Shown piece by piece: positions 39,470 through 49,348 of a DNA stretch of 64,000 nucleotides (positions are counted from its first letter, which is position 1; each line of letters opens with the position of its first letter). A model generated the notes under the pieces. The model saw only the letters and a list, made by a program, of their open reading frames with translations. It had not been told where the DNA came from and did no database searches. Source of the stretch: a virus; IMG/VR virus record IMGVR_UViG_3300046804_004848, positions 73,960 through 137,959 of that record; one strand, given 5' to 3'. Both the position numbers and the translations under genes were made by a program.

Positions 39470-40145
39470 TGGTAACCAATTCTGTTGCCATAGGAAAGAC
39501 ACTTGCGATTACCTTTGCGACTTCTTCTGCGATTAATTGATGCTCTTTTTGTGTACCATTACCACTGCGTAGCTCAATGAAGTGTACCCACGAACGAATA
39601 GTCCCACTCATGTAAAGTCTGCTTTCCATCAATCCTTCGGGCAATACTGCACGTGCTTGTTCTTTAGCAATGCCATTATTTACTGCCCATGTATAAGCAT
39701 TTTTTGCTGAGACAATAACTTCAAGTTGTTTAAGTGCCCATTCTTCTTGCAATATACCATGTTCAACAGTATTTTCTAATTCAATACTATTTTGACGGTT
39801 TTTGGTGTCTTGTAAACGTGCCTCACGTACGACAAAATTTAAATCTTTAGTTGGGTCTGCATAACGTTGTGAGAATTCTTGAAAACTAAAACTACGGTGT
39901 CTTAGAATTTGTCTAGCAATATCACGTGTGGTTGTGATTTCCATACATGCACTGACCATTTCTAATGGTGACCAATGTGCGTTTTTAATAAGATAACGTA
40001 TTAATTTTTCGCTAGTTTCAGTATTAAGTTGGTTAGATGGATTACTAACTCTAGCGCAATATGCAATTAAATCTTGGGCATCTTCAATACCAAGATTTTT
40101 AAATTCTTCTGTTGGCTGTGAGTAAGATAATAATTTTACATTCAT
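39462..40145 (-). CDS. thyX: Flavin-dependent thymidylate synthase
   Basis: ARVS, HWSPLE, RQILRHRSFSFQEFSQRY, EQARAVLP. Confidence 0.97.
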   Translation of the reverse strand: MNVKLLSYSQPTEEFKNLGIEDAQDLIAYCARVSNPSNQLNTETSEKLIRYLIKNAHWSPLEMVSACMEITTTRDIARQILRHRSFSFQEFSQRYADPTKDLNFVVREARLQDTKNRQNSIELENTVEHGILQEEWALKQLEVIVSAKNAYTWAVNNGIAKEQARAVLPEGLMESRLYMSGTIRSWVHFIELRSGNGTQKEHQLIAEEVAKVIASVFPMATELVTND

Positions 40146-40212
40146 GTTTGATCCTTTTAATCATGTATTATACATATACATTTTATAAAATCAAACATGA
40201 ACTTATCTAAGT

Positions 40213-40509
40213 TTAAAGATTTTTCAGTAGATCATCAGTAGTAGGTTGTACAGTTTCTGCTATATTTTCTATATCAAGCACAAACTCAATACTAATCATT
40301 TCATCATCAAGCTCACGTAATTTATCAGCGATAATTTCTTCTACCTCATCAGGATCATGTCCTGACTTAATAAGTGACTGAATATTTAACGTACGTTGTT
40401 TTCTACCTTCCAATCGTACAACTAATTTCTTTATAAACTGTACAGGAATTTTAATCTTGTCAACGTCATCAACAATTTGTTCCCATTTTTGGAAAATTTC
40501 GGGTGACAT
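40213..40509 (-). CDS. Hypothetical protein
   Basis: ORF. Confidence 0.7.
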   Translation of the reverse strand: MSPEIFQKWEQIVDDVDKIKIPVQFIKKLVVRLEGRKQRTLNIQSLIKSGHDPDEVEEIIADKLRELDDEMISIEFVLDIENIAETVQPTTDDLLKNL

Positions 40510-40517
40510 GATTTAAT

Positions 40518-41234
40518 TTATGCTGTTGCTGCTTTTGCCTTAACAGTTGTTTTTTTGGCAGCAGGTTTTTTAGCAGTTACTTTTTTGGTTGCTGCTTTTT
40601 TTGGTGCAGGTGCATGTTCAACCATAGTACCCTCCATTTGCGCTGCTTCCTTTATTAGTCTATCTGCTTCCGCTAACAATCCTTTAGCCTCTGCGCTCAT
40701 TTTTGCTGCTTGTTGGCGCAAATTATTAGCTAACTCATAGTCACCAAGCATATCTTGATGTACACCCATTAAACGGTCAGCAGCAGGGGTTTCACCACGC
40801 ATACGTTTAGCAATGTCAGCAGGATCTTGTAATCCTTGGCTAGCATCAATTTCAGCTAATCTACGTACTGCTGCTTCACCTTGTTCCATTTCATTGAGCA
40901 ACTTGTTTAGCTCATTTAAACGAATATGTTGCTTAGGAGCAGGAGTCATCATAATATGTTCAGTATTGACTTTTTTAAGCATACCCTCACTATGCAATAC
41001 TTGTAGGATAATCTTACCATCACGTGTGTGAGTGCGATTGAGTGCTTCAGCTAATTCTTTGCTTGATTGTCCGATATCGCTTTCAATACTTGCAATAAGT
41101 GGGTCATGAATATTTTGATTTAACAATTGGGTATAAACAACAAGTGCCATGTGGTCTTCGCCTGGGAGTTGTCTAAAAACGACTGCCACTTTGCGATCAC
41201 CATGCATCCCAATATGTTTTAAAAATCTTGCCAT
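40518..41234 (-). CDS. Hypothetical protein with Lys/Ala-rich histone-like tail
   Basis: SD AGGAG before MARFLKH; APKKAATKKVTAKKPAAKK. Confidence 0.75.
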   Translation of the reverse strand: MARFLKHIGMHGDRKVAVVFRQLPGEDHMALVVYTQLLNQNIHDPLIASIESDIGQSSKELAEALNRTHTRDGKIILQVLHSEGMLKKVNTEHIMMTPAPKQHIRLNELNKLLNEMEQGEAAVRRLAEIDASQGLQDPADIAKRMRGETPAADRLMGVHQDMLGDYELANNLRQQAAKMSAEAKGLLAEADRLIKEAAQMEGTMVEHAPAPKKAATKKVTAKKPAAKKTTVKAKAATA

Positions 41235-41281
41235 TGGTATTCTCCTAATATCTAGTACCACAAATATTTAGGAGCATAGCG

Positions 41282-41611
41282 TTATGTAATTTTTATTTTA
41301 CTTTTAAGGTGTGGGTTATGGTTAGAGAAAAATTTATGTCCAACTTGCCTAATCTGTTCAACAATGACTTGTGGTGTATGCTCAAAACATAACCTAATAT
41401 CTTCTTCAGATAACGTGGAAACAAATGCATATATTTCATATGCACGTTGTGGATTAAATTGTGCTCGCAAAATTAATTGATGCAATGGAACTGTTTGTGC
41501 TCTTTCATCTTTTAATATTTTCCAAACATTGGTCTCATCCATTTTTGACACATTAAACAATGCTTCCAAACCAAATTCATCCCAACTTGCAATATAATTA
41601 AAATTACTCAT
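41282..41611 (-). CDS. Hypothetical phage protein
   Basis: WDEFGLE...LRAQFNPQRAYEIY. Confidence 0.7.
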   Translation of the reverse strand: MSNFNYIASWDEFGLEALFNVSKMDETNVWKILKDERAQTVPLHQLILRAQFNPQRAYEIYAFVSTLSEEDIRLCFEHTPQVIVEQIRQVGHKFFSNHNPHLKSKIKIT

Positions 41612-41865
41612 TTTTTTAACAAAAAATAAACAGTTTCAAGCTCAACTAATAATTTTTCTAAACGTTCATCAGTCTTAGCTAAATCTCTACAATTTAAATA
41701 ATCTTCTAAATTTAAACCTGCACATTGTTTACCAAAATCCCATTCCTTAGTAGTTACACCATTATGAACAGATTTATAAATTCTTTCCTCACCATTTTCA
41801 GTAAGGAAAGAATTATACGCACCTATCTTATTGGCACTGAAAGTATTAGACCAAAATATGTCCAT
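41608..41865 (-). CDS. Hypothetical protein
   Basis: ORF. Confidence 0.6.
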   Translation of the reverse strand: MDIFWSNTFSANKIGAYNSFLTENGEERIYKSVHNGVTTKEWDFGKQCAGLNLEDYLNCRDLAKTDERLEKLLVELETVYFLLKK

Positions 41866-43166
41866 TATTTTTTATGATCATCATAAATTGCCCATGTTCC
41901 AAATGGAGGATTAGGGTTTGGATCACCATGAATAATCCATGTTGTATCGCAATAATTTGCATCACCCCATGAACCACAAGGATATCCATCAGTGAATACG
42001 ACTAAGCGTTTTGGTTCAATATTTTCATCTTTAAGAAATTTAAAAATCGCATCAAAGTCTGTACCTCCACCACCTTTTAAAACATAATCAGTGATGCTAT
42101 CCATGTTTTCAGAATTAAACTCTTGTAAGTTATAGCACTTGGTATCAAACGAAAACACGTGAATCTTATAATTAGTAAACATATCCATGATACCTTGAAT
42201 TTCACTAAGGAAATCCTTACCTTGTGCATCATTGATACTACCACTCATATCAACCCCTACGCAAATATCAATTTCTTCACTAAAATTCATAGAGGGTAAA
42301 ATAGCATCAAGATGCCAACCACGCTTGCTAGGACGTAAGAAAGTATAATCATCACGCATAGTAGAAACAATATTAGTTTGAAGCAATTCTCTCCAAGGCA
42401 TTTTAGGATCGGTAATATCATTAATCATGCGTTCAACACCCCTAGGAATTGAACCTGCTTCACTGCTACGTGCGGCATTGATGATATTTTGTTTGATTTC
42501 CTGACGCAATTCCTCACGCTCAGCATCAGTCATTTTCTTAGGTCCGTTCTTACTGCGACCTGTTTTATCCATATCTCCATCATCATCACTATCGGACTCA
42601 CCTTCACCATCACCTTCAAGGTGCTCATCAATCATTTTATCAATGAGTGCGTCCATACTAATGGTTTTGACGTTCTTCATCAAATCATCATAGATTTCTT
42701 CAGATGATTTACCATCATACTTAGGTTCATACAAGCATGGTACAGTGGTAATAAACTGACCTACATTGTGTCGTTTAAGGTCAGCGTTTACTGCGTAATC
42801 ATTTGCAATGTTAAACATTTGACGGTCACGGTGACCGATCCTACCAATGTGATCATATACAACGTGAAGTACTTCATGACCAACAAGAAACTCTACCTCA
42901 CCACGTGTAAGCTTCTTGATAAAACGACTATTGTAATAAAAACGCTTACCATCAGTTGCTGCTGTAGCTAACCATTCATCCCCATTGATAAGTTTCAAAC
43001 GGGTAGCAAGATTACCAAAAAACGAATGTTTGAGCAGCAATGCTACACGTGCGCTTGTAAGAATGTCACGTGCTTCACGATCAAGCACAGGGTCAAACGG
43101 ACCGATAAGGTCTTCAAATTCTTTTTTGAGTTTTTTGTTTTCTTTGGTATTTGCAGTGGTTGTCAT
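41865..43166 (-). CDS. HExxH metallopeptidase-vWA domain protein (DUF2201-like)
   Basis: TAATDG, HEVLH, DYAVN, DMSGS MIDAS, GGGGTDF, FTDG. Confidence 0.9.
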   Translation of the reverse strand: MTTTANTKENKKLKKEFEDLIGPFDPVLDREARDILTSARVALLLKHSFFGNLATRLKLINGDEWLATAATDGKRFYYNSRFIKKLTRGEVEFLVGHEVLHVVYDHIGRIGHRDRQMFNIANDYAVNADLKRHNVGQFITTVPCLYEPKYDGKSSEEIYDDLMKNVKTISMDALIDKMIDEHLEGDGEGESDSDDDGDMDKTGRSKNGPKKMTDAEREELRQEIKQNIINAARSSEAGSIPRGVERMINDITDPKMPWRELLQTNIVSTMRDDYTFLRPSKRGWHLDAILPSMNFSEEIDICVGVDMSGSINDAQGKDFLSEIQGIMDMFTNYKIHVFSFDTKCYNLQEFNSENMDSITDYVLKGGGGTDFDAIFKFLKDENIEPKRLVVFTDGYPCGSWGDANYCDTTWIIHGDPNPNPPFGTWAIYDDHKK

Positions 43167-43221
43167 AAATGTTCCTTTACGTAATAGCACCATCATAACA
43201 TAGATACTATTTTAAATCAAG

Positions 43222-43241
43222 TGGGGGCATCTCAGCCCCCT
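43222..43241 (-). terminator. Hairpin after the MoxR gene
   Basis: GGGGGC-ATCTCA-GCCCCC. Confidence 0.45.
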
Positions 43242-43252
43242 TATCAAGCAAC

Positions 43253-44410
43253 TTACTTTGGTGTTACTGCTTCCTTGATGTACTTACCATATTTTTTATG
43301 GAAGTCGGTCAAAGTCTTAAGTTTGGTTGGGTCCATGTTCAACTTGTAGGTTTTCAGTGCGATCCTTGCACCCATGATAACCAACTCAGTTTCAAAATTA
43401 TCCATCATAAATTTAAAGAAATTGTCGCACATTTCGTGAAACTTTTTCTCAGGTACTTTATTGTTGTCACTCAAGTCTTTCAATTCGTAGCACATACTAA
43501 CAGTGAGTGAGTACATGGCACTAACTTCTTTAACTTGAAGTTCGCTAACTTTACCTTCAAGAATATCCATAGGGTCAGGCATTTTGTCAACAAGCTTACG
43601 GTGTGCCATAAACTTTACGGCAAGACCTTCACCAACAGTACCCGCAACAATCTTAGTAAGCAAATCTGATGGAACTTTATCGCACTCTTGCAGAATTTTA
43701 CTTACTGCGCACCAACTACGAGGAGTGGCAAACGCATGACCACTGTTACGACCATCAAAATCGTACATGTCATTTTTAGCGAATGACAAGTATCCAACTA
43801 CATCTTTATGTATATTGTTTTGTACTGCCCATGTTTGCCATACACCAAAGTCAGGGCGAACATCCATATGAACAAAACGGTTTGATAGTGGTGATGGCAT
43901 ACGATAAGTAACACCTTTGTCACTATCACGGTTACCTGCGGCAACAATGATTACATTGTCAGGTACACGATACTTACCAACACGACGATCAAGAACCAAC
44001 TGATAAGCAGCAGCTTGAACAGTAGGTGCAGCAACATTCATTTCATCCAAGAACAAAATAACACGTTCATATTGTTCAGCAAATTTAGCATCAGGAAACT
44101 CTGATGGTGGTGCCCAATCAAGGGTACCTTTAGTTTCTTCAAAATCTTTAGTATTTTCATTATACGCAAAATAAGTTTTATCTGCGTTAAAGAAGGGAAT
44201 ACCTTTAATATCAGTAGGATCAATTTGTCCTAAACGTACTTCACGTACTGCCCAACCGTTTTTACGTGCGATTGAACGGATAAGATCACTTTTACCGATA
44301 CCTGGGGGACCCCACAAGAACATAGAAAGTTTAGTATCAATTAAACTATGAAGCGCAGATTCTGCTTCATCAATTGTTAGACTAAAACTAGTATCAATTT
44401 TTCCCATCAT
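43253..44410 (-). CDS. MoxR-like AAA+ ATPase
   Basis: WGPPGIGKS, FLDEMN, AAGNR, LSNRF, TPRSW. Confidence 0.92.
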   Translation of the reverse strand: MMGKIDTSFSLTIDEAESALHSLIDTKLSMFLWGPPGIGKSDLIRSIARKNGWAVREVRLGQIDPTDIKGIPFFNADKTYFAYNENTKDFEETKGTLDWAPPSEFPDAKFAEQYERVILFLDEMNVAAPTVQAAAYQLVLDRRVGKYRVPDNVIIVAAGNRDSDKGVTYRMPSPLSNRFVHMDVRPDFGVWQTWAVQNNIHKDVVGYLSFAKNDMYDFDGRNSGHAFATPRSWCAVSKILQECDKVPSDLLTKIVAGTVGEGLAVKFMAHRKLVDKMPDPMDILEGKVSELQVKEVSAMYSLTVSMCYELKDLSDNNKVPEKKFHEMCDNFFKFMMDNFETELVIMGARIALKTYKLNMDPTKLKTLTDFHKKYGKYIKEAVTPK

Positions 44411-44454
44411 GTATCCTTTGTAAGTTGGCTAGGTATTGCATCAGCAATGTTTGA

Positions 44455-44483
44455 ATCATAGCCTTATTAGCGTATGTTGTCAA
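44455..44483 (-). promoter_or_regulatory. Sigma70-type early promoter
   Basis: TTGACA-17-TATGAT. Confidence 0.75.
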
Positions 44484-44487
44484 GTGG

Positions 44488-44748
44488 TCACTGCGTTAAA
44501 GTTACAACAAGCAACCATTTTTCCAACACATCAATAGCGTTGTTAATTTCCAACAGTTTTTCTTTTTGTGCAATACTCGGTGTGGCACGATTACGATATT
44601 GTACATTTAAAATATTAAGTTCACGAACTAATTTATCTATGTTTTTCAATAACTTATGTGCGTCACCATAGTAACCATTTAAATTTTTAATATGGCGATA
44701 TAGTTCTTCACGCTTTTCATTCCATTCATACACACTAGTAAGCATACC
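44488..44748 (-). CDS. Hypothetical protein
   Basis: Likely start MLTSVYEW. Confidence 0.6.
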   Translation of the reverse strand, partial: GMLTSVYEWNEKREELYRHIKNLNGYYGDAHKLLKNIDKLVRELNILNVQYRNRATPSIAQKEKLLEINNAIDVLEKWLLVVTLTQ

Positions 44749-44757
44749 ATTACTTAT

Positions 44758-44786
44758 AAAAAAAGAGGGCATAGCCCCCTTTTTTA
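44758..44786 (-). terminator. Intrinsic terminator after the porin gene
   Basis: AAAAAAGAGGGC-ATA-GCCCCCTTTTTT. Confidence 0.7.
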
Positions 44787-44807
44787 ACCACCTAAATTTA
44801 GCAAAAT

Positions 44808-45827
44808 TTAGAAACGATGACGTACACCAACACCTGCTACACGAGTATCAGCCCATGCTGCATTGGTACGGTTAACTCCGTCATTACTGTAATTAGTATC
44901 ACGCACTGCTGCATACATGTCTGTACGCTTGCTTAACGCATGTGACAAACCAATTGCCCATGAAGATGTTTCTGCTGACTTATTGCCAACAAAATTGTGC
45001 TCATGCTTGGCATAACTAACCATTGCTGTATTTGCACCACCTAATGGCATGCTTGCACCAACACTGTAACCTGTATCTTCTTTGGTTACTGCGTCACTAT
45101 GCTGTACACGATTCCATTGTGCAAAAACTTTTGCAGCTTTCATGCTGTATGATGCACCAACAATTGTTGAACTCATGCTTGGCTTACCTGCACCTTGCTC
45201 AACATCTTGCCATGTTGCTGTAAGACCGATTGGTCCTGCAAAGTACATTGCACCAACACTTTTACCTGCTTGCTTAGTGCCTGTTGCATCATCTACAACA
45301 CCTGCACTATAAACACCTGTAAGTGCTAATGGACCTGCATTAGTTTTAACTAAGACACTGTTGTTCCAACCTGTGTCAGAACCACCTCCACCTAAATTAA
45401 AATTACTTACACCATAACGTGCGGTAACAATAGGAGAGAAAACAAAACTATCACCTAATGCATTAAATGCAATGGTTGAAATAAACATTGGAGTTGTAAC
45501 ACGACCAACCTGAATTTCACCTGCTTTGCTTGCTAAACTAACATAGGCATTTCTTGCGTAAAATGTATCACCATTAAAACGACCTTGTGCTGCTGTGTCA
45601 GGACGTAAAAATGTCTCAAGAACTGCTGTTGCAGTAACATCACCAAGTTTTTCAGTTGAACGTACACCAATATAACTTGTAGTCATACCACCTGAACTTA
45701 CTTGATTTGTAGTTTGCTTTGCTGATGTTTGTCCATAAAACGCATCCGCTAATCCATAAATGGATGTTTGTGCAGTAGCAACTGAACAAGCACTTGCAAC
45801 CAACGCTGCAATTAAAAGTTTTTTCAT
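44808..45827 (-). CDS. Gram-negative trimeric porin (betaproteobacterial type)
   Basis: Signal peptide, SIYGLADA, GVRSTEKLG, ARNAYVSL, LSKRTDMYA, C-terminal GVRHRF. Confidence 0.92.
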   Translation of the reverse strand: MKKLLIAALVASACSVATAQTSIYGLADAFYGQTSAKQTTNQVSSGGMTTSYIGVRSTEKLGDVTATAVLETFLRPDTAAQGRFNGDTFYARNAYVSLASKAGEIQVGRVTTPMFISTIAFNALGDSFVFSPIVTARYGVSNFNLGGGGSDTGWNNSVLVKTNAGPLALTGVYSAGVVDDATGTKQAGKSVGAMYFAGPIGLTATWQDVEQGAGKPSMSSTIVGASYSMKAAKVFAQWNRVQHSDAVTKEDTGYSVGASMPLGGANTAMVSYAKHEHNFVGNKSAETSSWAIGLSHALSKRTDMYAAVRDTNYSNDGVNRTNAAWADTRVAGVGVRHRF

Positions 45828-45938
45828 ACTTAATTCCTCTTAAATTAAAAAATACACATTAAAATGTGTGCCTAGATATTTACTTATGTTTAAAATTAAC
45901 CACAAATAAACAAATTTCTTACGTAATAACTACTAATA

Positions 45939-46190
45939 CTACTCATCATCCCATAGTTTTTTCTGTTCATGTCGCTGTTCCTGTATAGTTTTTTGATTAA
46001 AAACCTTTCTAGGATTTGAGCACAATAAACATTTGGGATTGCCACAATTCATTGCATGATGTTTAGCAAATTTATGTGGTTCCTCAACAATAAAACCATG
46101 TTCTTTAGCAATTTTTACTTGCTTATTGACAGCATTGTCGTTTTGAAGTCTTCTACGACTATGTTTAAATTTGTCGTGTTCTTCACTCAT
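45939..46190 (-). CDS. Small basic Cys-motif protein
   Basis: HAMNCGNPKCLLCSNPR; TAAATA-N5-ATG. Confidence 0.7.
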   Translation of the reverse strand: MSEEHDKFKHSRRRLQNDNAVNKQVKIAKEHGFIVEEPHKFAKHHAMNCGNPKCLLCSNPRKVFNQKTIQEQRHEQKKLWDDE

Positions 46191-46201
46191 AATAATATTT
46201 A

Positions 46202-47380
46202 TCAATTTTCAAGTTGATTTACTAAATTCATTGCAGTTGCAGGACTTATTGTCCAACCTAAATGTCCATGTCCTGTATGATAGTAAATATTTTTAACTTT
46301 ACTTTCACGCACAATGGGCATCATATTTGGAGTCATTGGTCGCAAACACGCCCAACTACTATAACAGCTTGTATCTATACTTGGAAAGTTTTCATTTATC
46401 CAATTTAATAATGGCTCAATTCTACTTCTTGTAATGTCACGATTATAACCACATAATTCTGCTGTACCTGCTACACGCAATCTTGTTCCTAATGTTGCAG
46501 TTACAATTTTTGCTTGATCATCCAACAAACTTACTTTAGGCATAGCATTATAAGACTTTACATCTTGGGCATCAATGGTAATACTATATCCTTTTACAGG
46601 ATATATAGGTAAACTTTCACCTAATACTTTAGCCAAGTGAACACTTTCAACACCTGCTGCTATAACTACTTTATCAAATCCACCAAGTAATAACCGTGGA
46701 TCATTAATTCCATTATTAAATGAAACGCATGCATTATACTTAAGACGTATTGTATCAAGTAAACCCTTACAAAACTTATGAATATCACCAACCCAATCAT
46801 CTTGTGTCCATGCTGCTCCAATTAAACCTTCCATATCTTTTAGGTTTGGTTCAAGGTCAATTATTTCTTTAAGATTAGTAATTGTTTTCCATTCACACCC
46901 ATGATTTTCATAGATATCTTTGGCATCAAAAGCAGCATTAAAGTATTTTTGTTCTTTGTAAATATGTAAAATACCACTTTTGCTTTGATCAAATTCTAAA
47001 TTTTCATCTTTTATAATTTGTTTATATAACGCTCTACTTTCTAGACCAAGCTTAATAGTTTCAATCGTATTTTGTTTATAAACATTGCTAGCAGTATGTT
47101 GTAAAAATTTGATAATCCATTTTATTTTATCTAAGTCTAATGTAGGGTGAATCAATAATGGAGCATCTTTTTTTAACATCCATTTTAATCCTTTCAAAAC
47201 ATTAGCCCATGTTGTCCATACTTCGCTATTGCTTACACTGACTTGTCCACCATTAGCATAGCTTGTACGCATTGCAGCGTAGCGTTCTTGTTCAAAAATG
47301 GTAACATCATGTCCACGTTTAGACAAAAAATATGCAGGTACTACTCCTGCAATACCTGCACCAATAATTGCTATACGCAT
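46202..47380 (-). CDS. dadA: D-amino acid dehydrogenase
   Basis: GAGIAG, TSYANGGQVS, PVKGYSIT, RVAGTAE, WACLRPMTP, TGHGHLGWT. Confidence 0.92.
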   Translation of the reverse strand: MRIAIIGAGIAGVVPAYFLSKRGHDVTIFEQERYAAMRTSYANGGQVSVSNSEVWTTWANVLKGLKWMLKKDAPLLIHPTLDLDKIKWIIKFLQHTASNVYKQNTIETIKLGLESRALYKQIIKDENLEFDQSKSGILHIYKEQKYFNAAFDAKDIYENHGCEWKTITNLKEIIDLEPNLKDMEGLIGAAWTQDDWVGDIHKFCKGLLDTIRLKYNACVSFNNGINDPRLLLGGFDKVVIAAGVESVHLAKVLGESLPIYPVKGYSITIDAQDVKSYNAMPKVSLLDDQAKIVTATLGTRLRVAGTAELCGYNRDITRSRIEPLLNWINENFPSIDTSCYSSWACLRPMTPNMMPIVRESKVKNIYYHTGHGHLGWTISPATAMNLVNQLEN

Positions 47381-47383
47381 TTA

Positions 47384-47899
47384 TTATCCCACTAATAATT
47401 TACATGCTGCGTTCATAACTGCTGCAATACGACCAATATCACGTAACTGTTCAACAGTATAACCTTCTTTCTTAAGGGTATCATAATGTGCTTTTACACA
47501 AAAATGACACTTACCAACAATACTTGCACATAAACTATACGCTTCAAAATTAGCTTTAGTTGTGCCACCATGTGTGCCAATAACATTCATGCGTAACTGA
47601 GCAGGTAATCCCTTTAAATTTGCATCACCTGTCATTTCAACATACGGATACCATACATTATTTTGTGCCATTATACTTGCTGCTGCCATAGCTGCATCAC
47701 GTTCTTTAGTATCTTGTATTACCCCATATAATCTTTCTACAATACCACCATTACCTGTTGCTGCTGCTGCGGCTAGTGCGCAACATTCTGCTACAATTGG
47801 ATCTAATGTTGAACGTAAAATTACTGCATCTAAATTTAACTTAATATCTTTAGCATAATCAGGTAAACCTTCTTTTAATACATTAACCCAAACCGACAT
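47384..47899 (-). CDS. ahpD: Alkyl hydroperoxide reductase AhpD
   Basis: LPDYAKDIKLNL, MAQNNVWY, CHFCVKAH. Confidence 0.92.
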   Translation of the reverse strand: MSVWVNVLKEGLPDYAKDIKLNLDAVILRSTLDPIVAECCALAAAAATGNGGIVERLYGVIQDTKERDAAMAAASIMAQNNVWYPYVEMTGDANLKGLPAQLRMNVIGTHGGTTKANFEAYSLCASIVGKCHFCVKAHYDTLKKEGYTVEQLRDIGRIAAVMNAACKLLVG

Positions 47900-48569
47900 T
47901 ACTTTCTCCTTTATGTTTCCTTATTCTAGTCCTGTAGTATTGTTTCATAGTTAAAACTACAGCTAGAACATACGGTAAACCATATTCTGACCAATCATGC
48001 AATGGATCAATATACTTGTCAACAAATGGTTCACCAATAATCATCTTAAATGCAACTGCGTATAATACAAAAGCACCAATAAAAATAGTATCAGGATATT
48101 TTTCAAGCAATTTAGCAACCATTGTACTACCAAATAGTATAATAGGTACACTTACCAATAAACCTATAATGATTAATGTCCAATTACCACCTGCTGCACC
48201 TGCAATGGCTAATGCATTATCTAAACCCATAACTGCATCTGCCATAACAATCGTACCCATAGCTCCCCAAAATGTCATAGAAGCCTTTATATCAGTATGG
48301 TCGCTGTTATTGGAGGTAAGTCTCCAAGCAATCCATATGAGTAAAAGTCCTCCTACAAACCGTAGCCCAGGTATCATCAATAAATATGTTAGCGCAGCAA
48401 CACATAAAAAACGCACTGCAACAGCACCAAATGTTCCCCAAAACATTGCACGTTTACGCAAATGTTCAGGTAAATTCTTTGATGCCATTGCAATTACTAG
48501 TGCATTTTCACCACCTAAAACAATATCAATAAGAATAATTGCACCAAGTGCCCACAAAAACTCAATCAT
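47883..48569 (-). CDS. TerC/YjbE-family membrane protein
   Basis: IDIVLGGENALVIAMA, ADAVMGLDNALAIAGAA, GLLVSVPII. Confidence 0.92.
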   Translation of the reverse strand: MIEFLWALGAIILIDIVLGGENALVIAMASKNLPEHLRKRAMFWGTFGAVAVRFLCVAALTYLLMIPGLRFVGGLLLIWIAWRLTSNNSDHTDIKASMTFWGAMGTIVMADAVMGLDNALAIAGAAGGNWTLIIIGLLVSVPIILFGSTMVAKLLEKYPDTIFIGAFVLYAVAFKMIIGEPFVDKYIDPLHDWSEYGLPYVLAVVLTMKQYYRTRIRKHKGESNVGLG

Positions 48570-48692
48570 CTTTGTCTTTCTTATTGGATTTATCGTATAG
48601 GTAATTACCTAACATCACTGCTATTACTACACTAATAAAAAAGAAAAGAAATTTTACCTGATACACATCAAAAAGTGTTTCATATTCAAACA

Positions 48693-49256
48693 TTATAATG
48701 TCTCGCCACCAATAGAACGATTACATGCACAAAGTTCGCCTGTTTGTAATGCGTCAAGTACACGCAATGTTTCTTCAGGTGAGCGACCAACATTTAAATT
48801 ATTTACTGTAACATGTTGAATAACATTGTCAGGATCAATTATAAATGTAGCACGTAATGCAGCACCTGCAGGGTTATAAAAGACACCTAGTTGTTCAATA
48901 AGACTTAAATTTACATATTTCTCACCATCATAATGCTCACGTTGAGTATCAGCAAACTGAGTATGTGTAATTTTCTGTAAATCAGGATGTGCTTTTTGCC
49001 ATGCTACTTTACAAAATTCGTTGTCTGTACTACCTGTGAGTAATACTGCATCACGATCTTCAAAGTCTTTGGCAAGTTTATCATAGGCTACAATTTCTGT
49101 AGGACATACAAAAGTAAAATCTTTTGGATAGTAAACGATAATTTTCCATTTACCTTCAAAACTTTTTTCTGTGATTGTGAAGAATGCATCTTCAGGTTGA
49201 TGGGGTTTAACCCCTGTAATTGCAAATGGTGTGAGTTTGTCACCAACTGTTTTCAT
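48693..49256 (-). CDS. ahpC: Peroxiredoxin AhpC
   Basis: YPKDFTFVCPTE, RATFIIDP, VGRSPEETLR, GELCACN. Confidence 0.95.
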   Translation of the reverse strand: MKTVGDKLTPFAITGVKPHQPEDAFFTITEKSFEGKWKIIVYYPKDFTFVCPTEIVAYDKLAKDFEDRDAVLLTGSTDNEFCKVAWQKAHPDLQKITHTQFADTQREHYDGEKYVNLSLIEQLGVFYNPAGAALRATFIIDPDNVIQHVTVNNLNVGRSPEETLRVLDALQTGELCACNRSIGGETL

Positions 49257-49348
49257 TTATTTTCTCCTTCTGTGTGTGAAAAATGAAACTAATGTCTAGG
49301 ACATTATATTCACATTTTATTTATGTTTTTGCAAGAAATTAGGACAAA

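Noticed and set aside
48016-48600. 194-aa + strand ORF and the many other short antisense ORFs in the track
   Set aside because: They shadow well-supported opposite-strand genes and show no motifs or RBS
48570-48692. Mn-sensing riboswitch or small ORF upstream of terC
   Set aside because: No recognisable yybP-ykoY structure; the open hydrophobic frame has no start codon
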